64,000 nucleotides of DNA from Octopus bimaculoides (Eukaryota), in NCBI RefSeq assembly GCF_001194135.2, contig NC_069004.1, positions 15,974,386-16,038,385 of the forward strand, in the 5' to 3' direction. Below the pieces are notes generated by a model. That model ran no database searches. It worked only from the letters and a program-made list of their open reading frames with translations, and was not told where the DNA came from. Shown here piece after piece: positions 1 through 14,072 of the stretch. Position 1 is the stretch's first letter. Every line of letters begins with the position of its first letter. The position numbers and the translations under genes were made by a program.

Positions 1-429
1 GAAACTCCGAAAACAACAGCCAGCATTGGTCAACAGAAAAGGACCAATTCTTCTCCATGACAACGCTCGGCCGCATGTCGCACAACAGACCCTGCAGAAA
101 TTGAACGAATTGGACTCCGAAACTCTCCCTCATCCACCATACTCACCAGACCTCTCGCCTACCGACTACCACTTTTTCAAGCATCTCGACAACTTCCTGC
201 GTGAGAAATGCTTCAAAAACCAAGACGATGCCAAGCGCCTTCAACGACTTCATCGACACCAGAACGCAGGATTTCTATGCTACTGGCATAAATAAACTTG
301 TTTCGCGTTGGCAAAAGTGTGTTGATTCTGATGGTGTATATTTCGATTAATAAAGTTTTGTCTGCGCCGAGATATGTGCATCTGAATTTAAAGGTTAAAA
401 ACCGCAAGAACTTTCTTGACAACCTAATA
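1..429 (+). mobile_element. Mariner (DD34D) transposon, 3' part with right TIR
   Basis: Translates to LLHDNARPH...HPPYSPDLSPTDYHFF, with a frameshift near 233, then AFNDFIDTRTQDFYATGINKLVSRWQKCVDSDGVYFD* (stop 348-350). The Hsmar-like TIR (revcomp TTAGGTTGTCAAGAAAGTTCTTGCGG) lies at about 398-427, followed by TA. Confidence 0.93.
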
Positions 430-1270
430 CTTAGTTTGTGCTGTTAGTTTGCTTCTACTGTTAACTTCCAAATTAAGTACATTTCAGAAGAAAAAAAAAT
501 CCTTACATCTGAATGAGCTAATAAGGTCACTCAATCTACAAACAGGACTAATGATGTGCCAAGGTCCAATGTAATTCCACGATATAAAGTGAGGGCTTAC
601 ATAGTAACCTAAAAAGGAGGCACATACTGGATGGGGTCGTCTAAAAAAATAGGAATAACGAACTGAGCAAAACTGGTTTCTGTGGGATAAAAATAATTTG
701 CTGTTTTTATAAATTATTGTTTGTCAAACATGTGAAGTAGGGGTAGTTGTGGAACGAGATTTGGATTGCAAAAGATCGAGAGCCACTGAATACGAAATGA
801 GATAACGCAAAACAACTTTGATAATATTTCTCAAACAATAATGATAAAAGAATATTGGCTGAATAATTTCGATAGACTTATTTTTATCTGACATTCATAA
901 TGATTACGTTGTCTGATGCCAGTTGTCATGTTAAATTTTGTATTAATTACAGGCATTAATTTACCTGGGGCAACTTTGACTTGTTCACTTTAACATTTCC
1001 TTCATCCTTGAACATTCAACTCATCCTGACGTACGTTAAGTCTGGGGCATTTTAAACCTGGCAGAGTTCATCTGTCTCCAGATTTGAAAAGAAACGATTT
1101 AAGAAGATAGTGAAGAAAAAAGAAAATGAACAAGAATTAACTCCAGTAAAGCTTGCACTTTATCGACTCTAAAACGATGAAAAGATGAGTCGGTGAGATT
1201 TGTACTCAGAGTATAGGAGGCCTGAACGAATGCTACAACGAGTTCTAGCCACTCACCTCTTCCTCCCAGG

Positions 1271-1424
1271 CACTAGCGTAGCAGGAGTATGTGCCGCCCG
1301 GGGTGGCCCTTCCAATTGCCGACCCCGGACCCCACAAAAGACACGTATTGCCTACAGCAGACCCAAAAGTGCCGCCCGGGGCGGACCATCCCTACCGCCC
1401 ACCTCACCCCTAGCTACGCTAGTG
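1271..1424. mobile_element. hAT-type MITE (154 bp)
   Basis: Perfect 12-bp TIR CACTAGCGTAGC...GCTACGCTAGTG. 8-bp TSD ctcccagg/ctctcagg (7/8 match). Internal direct repeat gtgccgcccgggg(t/c)gg. Confidence 0.85.
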
Positions 1425-1465
1425 CTCTCAGGATGCTGATTACTGAAGGTGAAAGGTAGAGTTAT

Positions 1466-2432
<967 letters not shown>

Positions 2433-2699
2433 AGTCAAGACGAAGAGTGCGATTTTAGATGTTTTATTTTTTGAACAATATTTCGACAGAACGTCTGTCT
2501 TTCTCAAGTTCAAACCAAAAGGTGATTGAAAATTCAAAATTTCAGAAACCAAACGTAAACTATAACGTGAGTAACCAGAGTCCATACGTTGATAGAATGA
2601 CATCATCAGCTTTTGTCAGTTTTTTAATAAGCAGAAAGAAAGAAAGAAAAAGGAAGACGACAGAAAAAGAAAAGAAAAAGAGAGAAAGAAGAATATTCA

Positions 2700-3740
2700 A
2701 TCAAACAGTTTTGTATAAATTTGATGATATTCTCCTGTCATCTTATTCATTCCTCCAGGGCGTGATGTCAATAACCCGCAAACATATTTCTCCTCATACA
2801 TTCTGAGAAGTGAAAGTGGGGTACATTCAGGATATTTTTTGAGAATGTGCACTTTCNNNNNNNNNNNNNNNNNNNNNNNNNNNNNNNNNNNNNNNNNNNN
2901 NNNNNNNNNNNNNNNNNNNNNNNNNNNNNNNNNNNNNNNNNNNNNNNNNNNNNNNNNNNNNNNNNNNNNNNNNNNNNNNNNNNNNNNNNNNNNNNNNNNN
3001 NNNNNNNNNNNNNNNNNNNNNNNNNNNNNNNNNNNNNNNNNNNNNNNNNNNNNNNNNNNNNNNNNNNNNNNNNNNNNNNNNNNNNNNNNNNNNNNNNNNN
3101 NNNNNNNNNNNNNNNNNNNNNNNNNNNNNNNNNNNNNNNNNNNNNNNNNNNNNNNNNNNNNNNNNNNNNNNNNNNNNNNNNNNNNNNNNNNNNNNNNNNN
3201 NNNNNNNNNNNNNNNNNNNNNNNNNNNNNNNNNNNNNNNNNNNNNNNNNNNNNNNNNNNNNNNNNNNNNNNNNNNNNNNNNNNNNNNNNNNNNNNNNNNN
3301 NNNNNNNNNNNNNNNNNNNNNNNNNNNNNNNNNNNNNNNNNNNNNNNNNNNNNATATAGAGGTCAATAATTCTTTTATGTTCTTATTCCGTCGAAAGGCT
3401 ACAATGGGCGGCTGAGGAAATGTTTGTTTGAAACTGGGATATTTTTTCGCCACATGTTGGTAACTTTCATGCAACACTTTTGAAATGCCAGCGAAACGTC
3501 GGTGCCAGTTAATCACTAAAGGAATTCTGTAATCTGTTGTATTTTGTTTGCTAAGATTAGGCGTGTAGGTTTGACTATCTTTGTTAATCTTAGCTATTTC
3601 ACTTGCTATTTACTTTAAACGTGATTCACTGTAACCTCGTTTGACATAATGACATACAAAAGCATTTGCATGTTTCCAGTAATCCCCTATGTCAGTGCAA
3701 ATCCGTTTTATCGGTTTTATCCTGCGCTCGGTAGTGAAGT
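2700..3740 (-). mobile_element. Penelope-like element (RT C-terminus, linker, GIY-YIG end) spanning an N-gap
   Basis: Before the gap: RICTDIGDYWKHANAFVCHYVKRGY and RIPLVINWH...FPQPPIVAFRRNKNIKELL. After the gap: LLRMYEEKYVCGLLTSRPGGMN, resembling the PLE endonuclease end (E..WI..L.T..P.GLN). Confidence 0.75.
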
Positions 3741-4164
3741 GAAAGCACGTTATAAAAATAAAACTACTGAACAATAATAATAATAATAATAAAATTATGG
3801 CCGCCACACTGTGAAGCCAAGGAAATTTGGTGCTCCTTAAGTTGAAAATGTGTTTGTAATATTTTCGGCCTTCTAAGGCCCGTCTCTTTTCAATTCTCTT
3901 GTTACCGTTACGTTTCTGAGATCGTCTGGAGTGCACAGATAGTATTTTTGTGTAGAAACACCCCCTGTTTTGCAAGGGGTCTACTTCAATAATTTTTGAA
4001 ATTTAACTGCTTTCGGCAAAAACAAATATTTTGCTATTTTCTGTAATTATTTAAAGATGGCTGATAAAGAAGTCATCATAATGTTCGATAAAGGAACGCT
4101 CTCCTTGTCTGAAAATATTATGAACGAGGAAAGAATTGAGAATATGAATATCGAATGGCCTAAA

Positions 4165-4455
4165 CTTGACAGGTTAGCTTGGGAAAGTACCAATAATTGT
4201 CGGAGCCCTGGAAACAGTGAGTAAAAATCTTGAGAAAAACATGGAACGAATAGGGGCTGCAATAAGGGTGGAGCACTTGTAGAAAATAGCAATGCTTGGA
4301 ACCGCTCGACTACTCCGGATGGTGTTCGAAAAATTAGGGGGTGTTACCTGAGTTCACTGGTAATGAATGACTGGCACCGTAGTACATCTCCAGCGTTAGA
4401 AGCTGTGCAAAGACAATAAATAACAACAATAAAAACAGCAACAACAATAATAATA
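4165..4455 (+). mobile_element. R4/Dong 3' end with UTR and (AAC/AAT)n tail
   Basis: DRLAWE/VPIIVGALETVSKNLEKNMERIGAAIRVEHL*KIAMLGTARLLRMVFEK, then a UTR and a trinucleotide tail. Confidence 0.8.
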
Positions 4456-4525
4456 ATTTGTCTCGTTTGACTACATTTATTCGTTTATAATTATAGATGC
4501 GGTGCTCTGTCAAATTGTCTGCGCT

Positions 4526-4594
4526 AATAAGGGTGGAGCACTTGTAGAAAATAGCACTGCTTGGAACCGCTCGACTACTCCGGATGGTGTTCGA
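4526..4594 (+). repeat. 69-bp duplicate of 4261-4329 (Dong C-terminus)
   Basis: One mismatch between the copies. Both carry the same TAG in the HL*K codon. Confidence 0.9.
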
Positions 4595-4699
4595 CAATGT
4601 ACTGACACGTGCTAATTATAATTAGTCATGTCGGGTCAGAGAAGATATTAACAATGACGAATAGTAAAAAAAAAATTTAAATAATAATATCAGCGATGA

Positions 4700-5460
4700 T
4701 AATAATAATGATGAAAGGAAGCTGTTGGAATCTCCCCATGTTCTGATCGATGATACATCTGGTAATGGTGTCACAATAAAAACCACTGCTAATTGCGCAA
4801 CCTGATAATCGCTACCTCATATGAGTGACAATGAAGAAACAAAATATTGTGAATAACAGTGGTAATGAAACCGAAGCCAATGATGGTGACAGTGTTGCAC
4901 CTGACAGGCTCAGAGATACTGGTCCGACTCCAGCCTGTCATTATCCAGCAATGGACCAGTACACACGGTGTAGATGGAACAAACAAGTCAATGCTACTGT
5001 CATGGAGTGTTACTACCTGAGCAACCCTGTAGACTAAAATGGTGTTCATATTAGGGGGTACCGACAATATATGTATGACCAATGGAGAGAAAGAGGATTG
5101 TTTCAACTCACGGAACAGAGATTATGTGATCAAGCTAGAGCAATAAGAAAAAATCGTTAGTTTACAGAAGCAGAGATCGAAGCTATAAAAAAACGGGTAT
5201 TAGAAAACAGCAGAAGAGGAAACGATGAAAATACAGTTTTTACTAATAAAAGTAATCTCATAGCAGAAAACCTAGGTGAGATCTCTAATAAATCACAGGA
5301 AAGGAACAGTGATAGCTTGCTCGATGAGAGACATATAGATGGTTTGGAAGAAGACAATAAAACTAATGGTGATATAACAGATGGACAAAAGGCAATCTAC
5401 GACAGAATAAAGACAAGGCTACAGGGGAACGATAGCGACATTATTTGCAACCTTCTCGTA
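4700..5460 (+). mobile_element. R4/Dong 5' part encoding the N-terminal Myb-like domain
   Basis: RWNKQVNATVMECYYLSNP...RGYRQYMYDQWRERGLFQLTEQRLCDQARAIRKN, typical of the R4-clade N-terminus, with stops. Confidence 0.8.
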
Positions 5461-5479
5461 TATGAGCAAAGCCATTGTT

Positions 5480-5850
5480 AGAAAGAATCATTGAAATTAG
5501 TTAACGTTGATGCATTGTGAGGCCCTTGTATGACTCTTGCGCCTGGCGAAAGTTTTGCACATTCTATTACAAAATGCACAGCTGTGCTGGTTGGCAGAAG
5601 AAACAGGTGCCCCAGTATGAACTTTTTTGACATGCCTTTGCACACCTTTCCACATGCTGCGCATGTTCTGTTGCGAACAACAGCCATATTACAGTTTACC
5701 ATGGGTCGATTCCTGTGAGTTCTCTGATAGCTGACCAGGCCCGCACCTCCTCCTACAAACCACACACAAAAAGCAACATTCCCTCATTCTCCATAGGTTC
5801 GTTCCTTCTAAGCCTTCGAATCTTCTCGTGTTTCATTCTCTCTCCCTTAA
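5480..5850 (-). mobile_element. RTE-type LINE 3' end with C2H2-like zinc motifs
   Basis: EKIRRLRR...GLVSYQRTH...TCAACGKVCK, degraded. Confidence 0.5.
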
Positions 5851-6129
5851 ATCTCGAACATACATGCATGGATACATACATACATACATACATACATACT
5901 CGAAATGACAAGTCGCGTATTTTGGTGTGGGAGGATATTTAACGAAAATACGACGAATACTATCTCCAACTTTGGAGCCACAACTAGCAGCCTTGTTCTG
6001 GTTAATCTTCGGGTGATCTGAGGAAGCCTTTTATTCACGATCGTAGTGATTTTCGACTGAAACTTGAATTTAGCATGCAGAGAGTTACTACAAACAACAC
6101 AATCGAGGAACAGAACGAAAGCAACATTA

Positions 6130-6272
<143 letters not shown>

Positions 6273-6379
6273 AGTATTATATGCCAGTGAAATGTGCCCT
6301 TACTGAAATTTCCCGAGAAAATATAACTTTGGTTTTGAAGGACTCTCGAGGAGTCTACCAAAGTAAGTAAAAAAAAATA

Positions 6380-7295
6380 CACCAGATACGGTATTAAAAG
6401 CTGTTAACGAAATTGGCGATGAGTATTTACAACAATGTGATGAACCTACATACTGGCAGATTAATGCCTGTCTATATGCTCTGGCATCTACTGTAAAACA
6501 GTACATGAATGATATTCAAAAAGTAAACAAAACCATAATAACAAAGAAAGTACCATCTTGGGTTTTGAAGACAGAGAAAAAGATAACTGGTTTACGGAAG
6601 ACCATCAGTCATGAAATGATGCTTATTGCATGCAAGCAATCAAATCACTATACGTCCCACCAACAGAAAGTAAAGAAGGAGATAGAAATGATGTTTGGAG
6701 ACAGTAAAAAAGGGACGCTCACTTGCAAACTGATTAGCCTCAAGCAGGGGTTAAAAGCTGTCAGTGAAAAACTCCGAAATCAGAAGAGAATAACCGAGAG
6801 AAGAACAATAAGCAAAAAATTTAACTGGAAACAGGCGCAGTATACAGAGACATGAGAAGAGGAGCAGTAAACATCACGGAAGTTCCTTCACGAGAAGACA
6901 TAGACTCTTTCTAGAGGGAAATCTGGAGTGAAGAGAAGGAATTTAACCAAGATACTCTGCAGTTGGAAGAAATCCGAAAAAGGCATTACTCCTAGACATA
7001 CAACATTGATGGTGAAACTCTTGCAACTGTGATCCAGAAACTCCAGAATGGAAAAGCACCTGGAAATGACTTGATTGTTGGATATTGGTACAAAAAGCTA
7101 ACATTCTACCGCCGACCATATCTTATCAGTTTGTACCAGCAAGCTTTTATTGCAAACAGTAGCATACCACACTGGTTAGCTTTGGCACAGACAAAATTGA
7201 TCCCCAAATGTAGCACCACTCACATGGCAAAAAAACTACCGGCCAATTACATGCCAGAACTTAATGCATAAAATATATACAGCATGTTTAAACCT
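6380..7295 (+). mobile_element. R4/Dong-type ORF middle and start of RT
   Basis: YWQINACLYA...LKQGLKAVSEKLR..K...IQKLQNGKAPGNDLIVGYWYKKL...YRPITCQNLMHKIYTAC, with frameshifts. Confidence 0.75.
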
Positions 7296-7299
7296 CTTC

Positions 7300-7870
7300 C
7301 TCCAGGAAGGGCAAACGGTCACATGCTGGACAAGCTTAGAAAGGATTTCACCAGCACCATGAACTCCCTTGGACTGAAGGTCACGATAGAAACCAACCTG
7401 AAAACGGCGGATTTCCTTGATGCGACCCTAGAATTGGAGTCCGGTGCCTACAGACCCTTTAGGAAGCCAAATGAGAAGCTATCATACATTAACACAGATT
7501 CCTGTCATCCAGCCACAGTTTTCAAGAACCTGGTAAAGGGTGTCAGCAGAAAAATCTCCAACCTATCTTCAAACAGAAATTTTTTATGCTGCCGCCCCAT
7601 ACTACAATGATGCTCTGGCCGCCAGCAGTTTCAAGGATAGAATTAGTTACACGGCAGTCCCTAACCCGTCCAAGAGAAAGCACCGCCCTTCTTTTTAAGT
7701 GATTCACACCGCCCTTCTCTTTAAGTGTTAAAACCTGAATAAGCATGTTTTTTTCTTAGCTTAGTAGATAAGCACTTCTCTCGTATAAATAAGTTCTACA
7801 AAATATTCAATAGGCATACCCTGAGAACTTCCTTTAATTGTTCACTCAGTGTAAAAAAAGATTTTAGCAG
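7300..7870 (+). mobile_element. Penelope-like RT fragment
   Basis: ANGHMLDKLRKD..LGLKVTIETNLKTADFLDATLEL..YRPFRKPN..YINTDSCHP...FNRHTLRTSFNC. Confidence 0.85.
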
Positions 7871-7979
7871 GTAGGCCCACACCTGAGACAGAGGTAAGAC
7901 GCTCATGTAGGGGTAACAGAACATGCTCACTGAACGACGGAATTATAATCCTTGCCCACATGAAAGGAAATACACCTTA

Positions 7980-8830
7980 TCATACCTGCGTGCCCCATTA
8001 GCGGAAGGGGTAGAGCTAGGTTTACCCAATTCGATATAGTGGACTTTTACCCATCTATATCGAGGAGCTCCTTTTTAAGGCACTGGATTTCGCTAGGGCC
8101 TACACTGAAGTTATGACTATAATCACCAGACCCCTAATTTCGGCTCTCCACCAACACCCTGGAGTCCGGCAATGAGTTTGACCAGAGCATACACTAACGC
8201 ACCCACAAACACGCACACCCAACACGGCAGACACCCACTTAATTGACTGTTATCCATCCGCCCCCAATATAAACTCCCACACATATTGTACCCCTACACA
8301 CATCCCATGCACACATAAGTGCCCTACGAACTTAACCAATGCATAAAAGAAAGAAAACACACTAACGAACACAGATGTGTATGCCCACACCCCCTACAAA
8401 GGGTATACATATAGTATCATTACACAAATTCCATTTCCACAAGAACACTAATCTTAAGGGCGCACACATTTCCCACAAACTTTTCCAGAAAACTCTTACC
8501 GAATTGAAACATAACTATTCTAGTGGGGATTTTTTGGTACCAAGGGACATAACTCTTAACTCAACCGCCAACTCGTTTCGTTTCACCACCTTTTTCACAG
8601 CAACCGCAAACCGGATGTGTTTATTCACCTCCAACAATAGAGAGCACTCGCCATATTTCATTCCATATCGGCTACCTCTGATGATCGCTGGGTTACATAA
8701 TCGGATTGTTACCAAACACTCCGTTGAATCCCTGGTGCGAAGCTGATTGGTATGATCAGCCGTAATGGATGTATAATACTGTGCACTTCAGATAATATAC
8801 CCACTCTATTGATAGATATACGAATGCATT
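7980..8830 (+). mobile_element. Penelope-associated non-coding (pLTR-like) region with hammerhead-like relic
   Basis: Follows the PLE RT and is homologous to 26230-26880. CTGATGA at 8678-8684, then 54 nt, then GAAG-C-tgattg-GTA. Confidence 0.55.
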
Positions 8831-8835
8831 TTCTT

Positions 8836-9013
<178 letters not shown>

Positions 9014-9352
9014 GCACACGCATGTATATATGTATGTGTATTTACAAATTAGCTATTAGCACTAGTGGCAGTGTTTGTAACAAATAATATTTCGCACATC
9101 CAGCTTAAATTGGATGTGTTGTTTAGATCACCTTAAACTGCTATTAACGTCCAGAGATATCAGTTCATGCAGACGACACAAGCTGATTAAGTACCGATTA
9201 TACCGGCTGACGAAATTATCTTCTGCACCGATATAAGGCATGACCGTATCACGTGATTTGACCGTTGCTGCAGATCATCGGTGGCAGCCAGTCTTTGAAT
9301 CGATTGCAGAAAAAACGTCAGTCAAACCGATACAGCATAATAATATATATAA

Positions 9353-9872
9353 AACTATTTGCATCACGTGATTTCATTATTAGTTACGAATCATGAGTGG
9401 CAGTCAGCCTCACACCAAATACCAGAACGAAAGTCAGTCGAACCGATATAGTATAATAATAGCCAAATAGCCAGTGATGTCGCAAAAAACTGGTGGGATA
9501 CGAATTAGCTATTAACAACGGTAACAAGTATTTGTAAATTGGGCGTGTTGTTTAAATCGCCTTAAACTACGGTTAACATCCAGAAATACTATTTCATATT
9601 GATGACATGTGCAAATTAAGTACCAACTATATCAGCTGATGAAATCATCATCTGTTCACATGATTTCACCGTACTGCGGATCATCAGAGGTAGTCAGTTT
9701 CACATCCAATGCTAATTTCTTCGTAGCTCGCCGGTTTTTCGTGACATCACGGACTGTTTGGCTATTATTATACTATATCGGTTCGACTGACTTTCCGTTC
9801 TGGTATTTAGTGTGAGGCTGACTGCAAATCATGGTTCGTAACTAATAATAAAATCACGTGATGCAAATAGTT
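9353..9872. mobile_element. MITE/foldback element with about 155-bp TIRs in a TA tract
   Basis: 9353-9510 is the reverse complement of 9710-9872 (AACTATTTGCATCACGTG...). The flanks are TA repeats. An older related copy lies at about 9046-9345. Confidence 0.85.
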
Positions 9873-9904
9873 ATATATGTATATATATATATATNNNNNN
9901 NNNN

Positions 9905-9937
<33 letters not shown>

Positions 9938-10095
9938 TGGACTTCTTTCATTTTCTGTCTACCAGATCCACTCACAAAGCTTTTGTTGGCCAGAAGCTAT
10001 AGCAGAAGAAACTTGACCTAGGTGGCATGCAATGGGACTGACCCCGGAACCACGTGGTTGGGATACAAGCTTCTTACCATACAGCCACGCCTGGA
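9938..10095 (-). mobile_element. tRNA-derived SINE, 5' part
   Basis: Minus strand has A-box-like TGGCTGTATGG and B-box-like GGTCAGTCCC. Same family as 23870-24240. Confidence 0.8.
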
Positions 10096-10249
10096 CCTAT
10101 ATCTGTGTGTGTATGTACATGTATATATATGTGTGCGTATATATATGTATGTACACACACACACACGCGCACGCACACGCACACACACACATATATATCA
10201 TTCAACTACGGTAGTAGTTGAATAATATTCTTAAGGTCGCAATTTACTC

Positions 10250-10460
10250 ACACGCATCAGCTTCTTTTGATGAATTTTGCTTTTTGGACTGTGTTTTGGT
10301 GGCTCGTCTCTGTCCAGCCATCGTGCTGAACGTTTACGGTTGTTGTACTGGTGCATCTGTTTCCCTCTTGAACCATGAGAAACAGTTAAGTAGGTGACTA
10401 AAAGCATTCTCTTAGGCATGTTTTTTTCATATTCTAAACATAGCCAAAACACATAACTCT
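10250..10460 (-). mobile_element. Mariner transposase fragment
   Basis: YNNRKRSARWLDRDEPPKHSPKSKIHQKK motif. Confidence 0.75.
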
Positions 10461-11248
10461 ANNNNNNNNNNNNNNNNNNNNNNNNNNNNNNNNNNNNNNN
10501 NNNNNNNNNNNNNNNNNNNNNNNNNNNNNNNNNNNNNNNNNNNNNNNNNNNNNNNNNNNNNNNNNNNNNNNNNNNNNNNNNNNNNNNNNNNNNNNNNNNN
10601 NNNNNNNNNNNNNNNNNNNNNNNNNNNNNNNNNNNNNNNNNNNNNNNNNNNNNNNNNNNNNNNNNNNNNNNNNNNNNNNNNNNNNNNNNNNNNNNNNNNN
10701 NNNNNNNNNNNNNNNNNNNNNNNNNNNNNNNNNNNNNNNNNNNNNNNNNNNNNNNNNNNNNNNNNNNNNNNNNNNNNNNNNNNNNNNNNNNNNNNNNNNN
10801 NNNNNNNNNNNNNNNNNNNNNNNNNNNNNNNNNNNNNNNNNNNNNNNNNNNNNNNNNNNNNNNNNNNNNNNNNNNNNNNNNNNNNNNNNNNNNNNNNNNN
10901 NNNNNNNNNNNNNNNNNNNNNNNNNNNNNNNNNNNNNNNNNNNNNNNNNNNNNNNNNNNNNNNNNNNNNNNNNNNNNNNNNNNNNNNNNNNNNNNNNNNN
11001 NNNNNNNNNNNNNNNNNNNNNNNNNNNNNNNNNNNNNNNNNNNNNNNNNNNNNNNNNNNNNNNNNNNNNNNNNNNNNNNNNNNNNNNNNNNNNNNNNNNN
11101 NNNNNNNNNNNNNNNNNNNNNNNNNNNNNNNNNNNNNNNNNNNNNNNNNNNNNNNNNNNNNNNNNNNNNNNNNNNNNNNNNNNNNNNNNNNNNNNNNNNN
11201 NNNNNNNNNNNNNNNNNNNNNNNNNNNNNNNNNNNNNNNNNNNNNNNN

Positions 11249-11289
<41 letters not shown>

Positions 11290-12069
11290 ACTCTCTCTCT
11301 CTCTCTCTTTCTCTAGCTTCCTTACCTGAGTGATCCTCATACAACCAAGACACCTCACGACAAAGCTTCATTGATCCTTTAAATAAAGACTTCAAAGACA
11401 TACTCAGTCATGTCATAGTACAGTCATAGCACACATCGTCGATGCCATTGTCATCGTCATTCGCTGTTAGCGGCAGTGCGAGGATATCATCATCATCATG
11501 TATCAACTACAACTTACCCGTTGTGTCAGAAACGATGACGTATGCCCGATAATAACCCATTCTATCATCAGTGTCCTCAACTCATCGACAGTTGCGGCAC
11601 AACTTCATCATGACCTTGGTGAATGTTTATGAAGGACACCAGGCTCCCTATTTTCTAGACCGTTGATTTCCAAACTTATTTTGTCGTGCGACTTTTAATA
11701 CGATTTTCCGAAAATCACTGAATACATTCTTGAAAACATTTTACGGACAAGCCCCGCCACACTAATGTTAATAAGACGCTAAATGAAACAAAAATTGTCA
11801 CGGAGAGGAAAATTATTCATTAAGAAGAAATTTAATTACATATTTTGAAAATGGCGAATACCAATTTTATAAAGAAATATGTTGATCTTTCGTATCGTAT
11901 ACATATAATGGCTGACATCAAAGTGAAAGGAAAATGATTGCCAAACCATTACACGGTAAACCCGTCATCATTTCGTAGATCCTAAAGATGCAACGTTACA
12001 CACCAGAAGGCACAGGGGGTGGTTGTGAACCATTTTAGGCTGTCAAAAATTGGAAAATAGAATACGAAA

Positions 12070-12535
12070 GAAACGGAAGTGACGACATTAAAATTGGAAA
12101 GAAATGCAAGTGCTAGGAAGAAATTCACAACTATCAAAGCGAAGAGGGAACTAAGAAATAAAGATTTGAAAAAAAACAAATGGAACTAAAACAAAGACAA
12201 GAAAGGAAAAATTGCATGTGTGTGTGGTGTTATGTCTACAGGCACCCATGTTTCGAATAGCAGTGAAATATTGTTTCACATATAACAACTGAAGTTCACC
12301 ACTTCAGACTAGCAACAGAACGATGATGTGGAACAAGTGGTGCCTTGTTCTTCAACAACACATGTGTATGGTAAATTCAACCAGTGGGATATTTAATTTG
12401 CTGAATAAATGAATTTTATAGTTTATATAAATACTTCTTCCTGTTACATAAACATATTCAGTAAGCTTCAAACTTACATTTTTTTTTCTATCATTTTCAT
12501 TTCCTTCCAATTTGATTGTCGTCACTTCCGTTATT
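12070..12535. repeat. Inverted-repeat (MITE-like) element
   Basis: aacggaagtgacgacattaaaattggaa at about 12072 has a reverse-complement counterpart ttccaatttgattgtcgtcacttccgtt at about 12505-12533. No TSD resolved. Confidence 0.5.
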
Positions 12536-12775
12536 TCAGTTTTTTTTTAAAATTTGTTTAAAAGAGTACATAAGGCATGGAGCGTCGTTAAAAGTAAATA
12601 TCACCCCATGCAAGGAACTTCAGACAATCTCTTCTCAACTTGTAAGGTTTGCCTATCATCATTTTCACAAACATTAAGTATTGGTAGTGGTAAATGTTTG
12701 GCAGTTGCCTTTCCGTCACTCTGTCGTCCACCATTATATGTACATAGAACGAAAGCTCGCATTAAAAAAAAATAT

Positions 12776-13368
12776 GGATCTTTTTTAAAACGGGGGCCAC
12801 ATTTTTCATTAACGAAACACTTTGAAACTTGGAACACTGGTAGAATGTGTCATATAAAACATCTTTTTCTCTTAGTCTTCTTTAAAAAAAAAAGAAATCC
12901 ATAAATTATTCCATGTTAAAGTTGTCGTATTTCTGTAATTTCAACCAATCACTGACGTCCATTCAGCCGATATACATTAAGTGCCGACTACATAAACAAA
13001 CGATTCTGAAACAATTAACCCTAACCCTAACTCTAACCTTAACCCTAACCCTACGGTTAGGGTTAGGGTTAGGGTTAAAGCAAATTTTAAATGAAAAAAG
13101 CAAATAAAACGAAGGTATGGAGATTAAATACGCTTTACATCGCTTAATGAGCCAAAGGAGTAAATGTAAACAACTGAATACTTGTCAGTGATTGGTTGAA
13201 ATTATCGAAATAAGACAATTTTTTACATGAAATAAATTCGAATACAAAAATATTTTTCTGTTCTATAACACAAAATAGATAAGTATACGAAGTTTGAAAG
13301 TCTTTCGGTACCAAAAACACTACGTAAAACATTAATGAAAAATGTGGCACCCTTTTTAAAAAAGATCC
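12776..13368. mobile_element. Foldback MITE with central inverted telomere-like repeats
   Basis: Arms begin GGATCTTTTTTAAAA..GCCACATTTTTCATTAA and are mirrored at 13330-13368. The centre 13016-13077 is (TAACCC)n then (GGGTTA)n. Same family as 55586-56036. Confidence 0.8.
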
Positions 13369-14072
13369 AAAAATATCATTTTAAAAGCACCTATTCTCGT
13401 GAAACAGCAGATTTTTTTTTTTTTAATCAAACCGACTCTGAAAAGCATTGATCTAGGTCACGATGTTGGCCAGCTGGTGGGAGTTGCCATATCACTTTTC
13501 GCTATTTTTGAGACGATAAACTATATTGCATTATCACTTCCACAACATCGCTATCGTGAGAATTATTCAACCTGCAAAATTCTTCTGTATAGCAGGGTTC
13601 GTTTGTCGTAACAAACATGTGTCTGAACTATTTATTTTCTAGATTTTAATTAGCAGGAAGTAAGGAATACAATATAAGAGTGCTGTTTAATGTGTCATTC
13701 TGCAGATATGTGGCTATCTTAGTGAAAGACGTGAGAGTATGTTTGTTGCCGAGACATGGAATCAGACTATAATGAACAATCGAAGGAAAAGTTGGGGACG
13801 GACACGTAATCAAAATTTAAGCTGCTGAACAACATGATAAGGTGATATATTGCCTTTTGCGATAGAATTGAGGTTTTATATATTGTAGTGTGTGTTACGA
13901 AGAGGGTGTGGATAGATAGGCTTTGTGTAGATAAAGGACAGAGAGAGATGGGAAGGGGAAGAAGACAATTATAATGGGAGAAAACTTAGGCTTTTTTTAG
14001 CATTTCTGTTGTTAATCTGAGTATAGTTCCTTCTCCATTACTTAATATTCGACATTATCACATCAGCCTACT

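Noticed and set aside
11330-11720. Possible fourth, older copy of the 1-kb solo LTR family
   Set aside because: Only vague compositional resemblance, with no TG...CA ends or TSD identified.
13016-13077. Ancient telomere-fusion site
   Set aside because: The orientation is CCCTAA then TTAGGG, opposite to an end-to-end fusion, and it lies inside a dispersed MITE.
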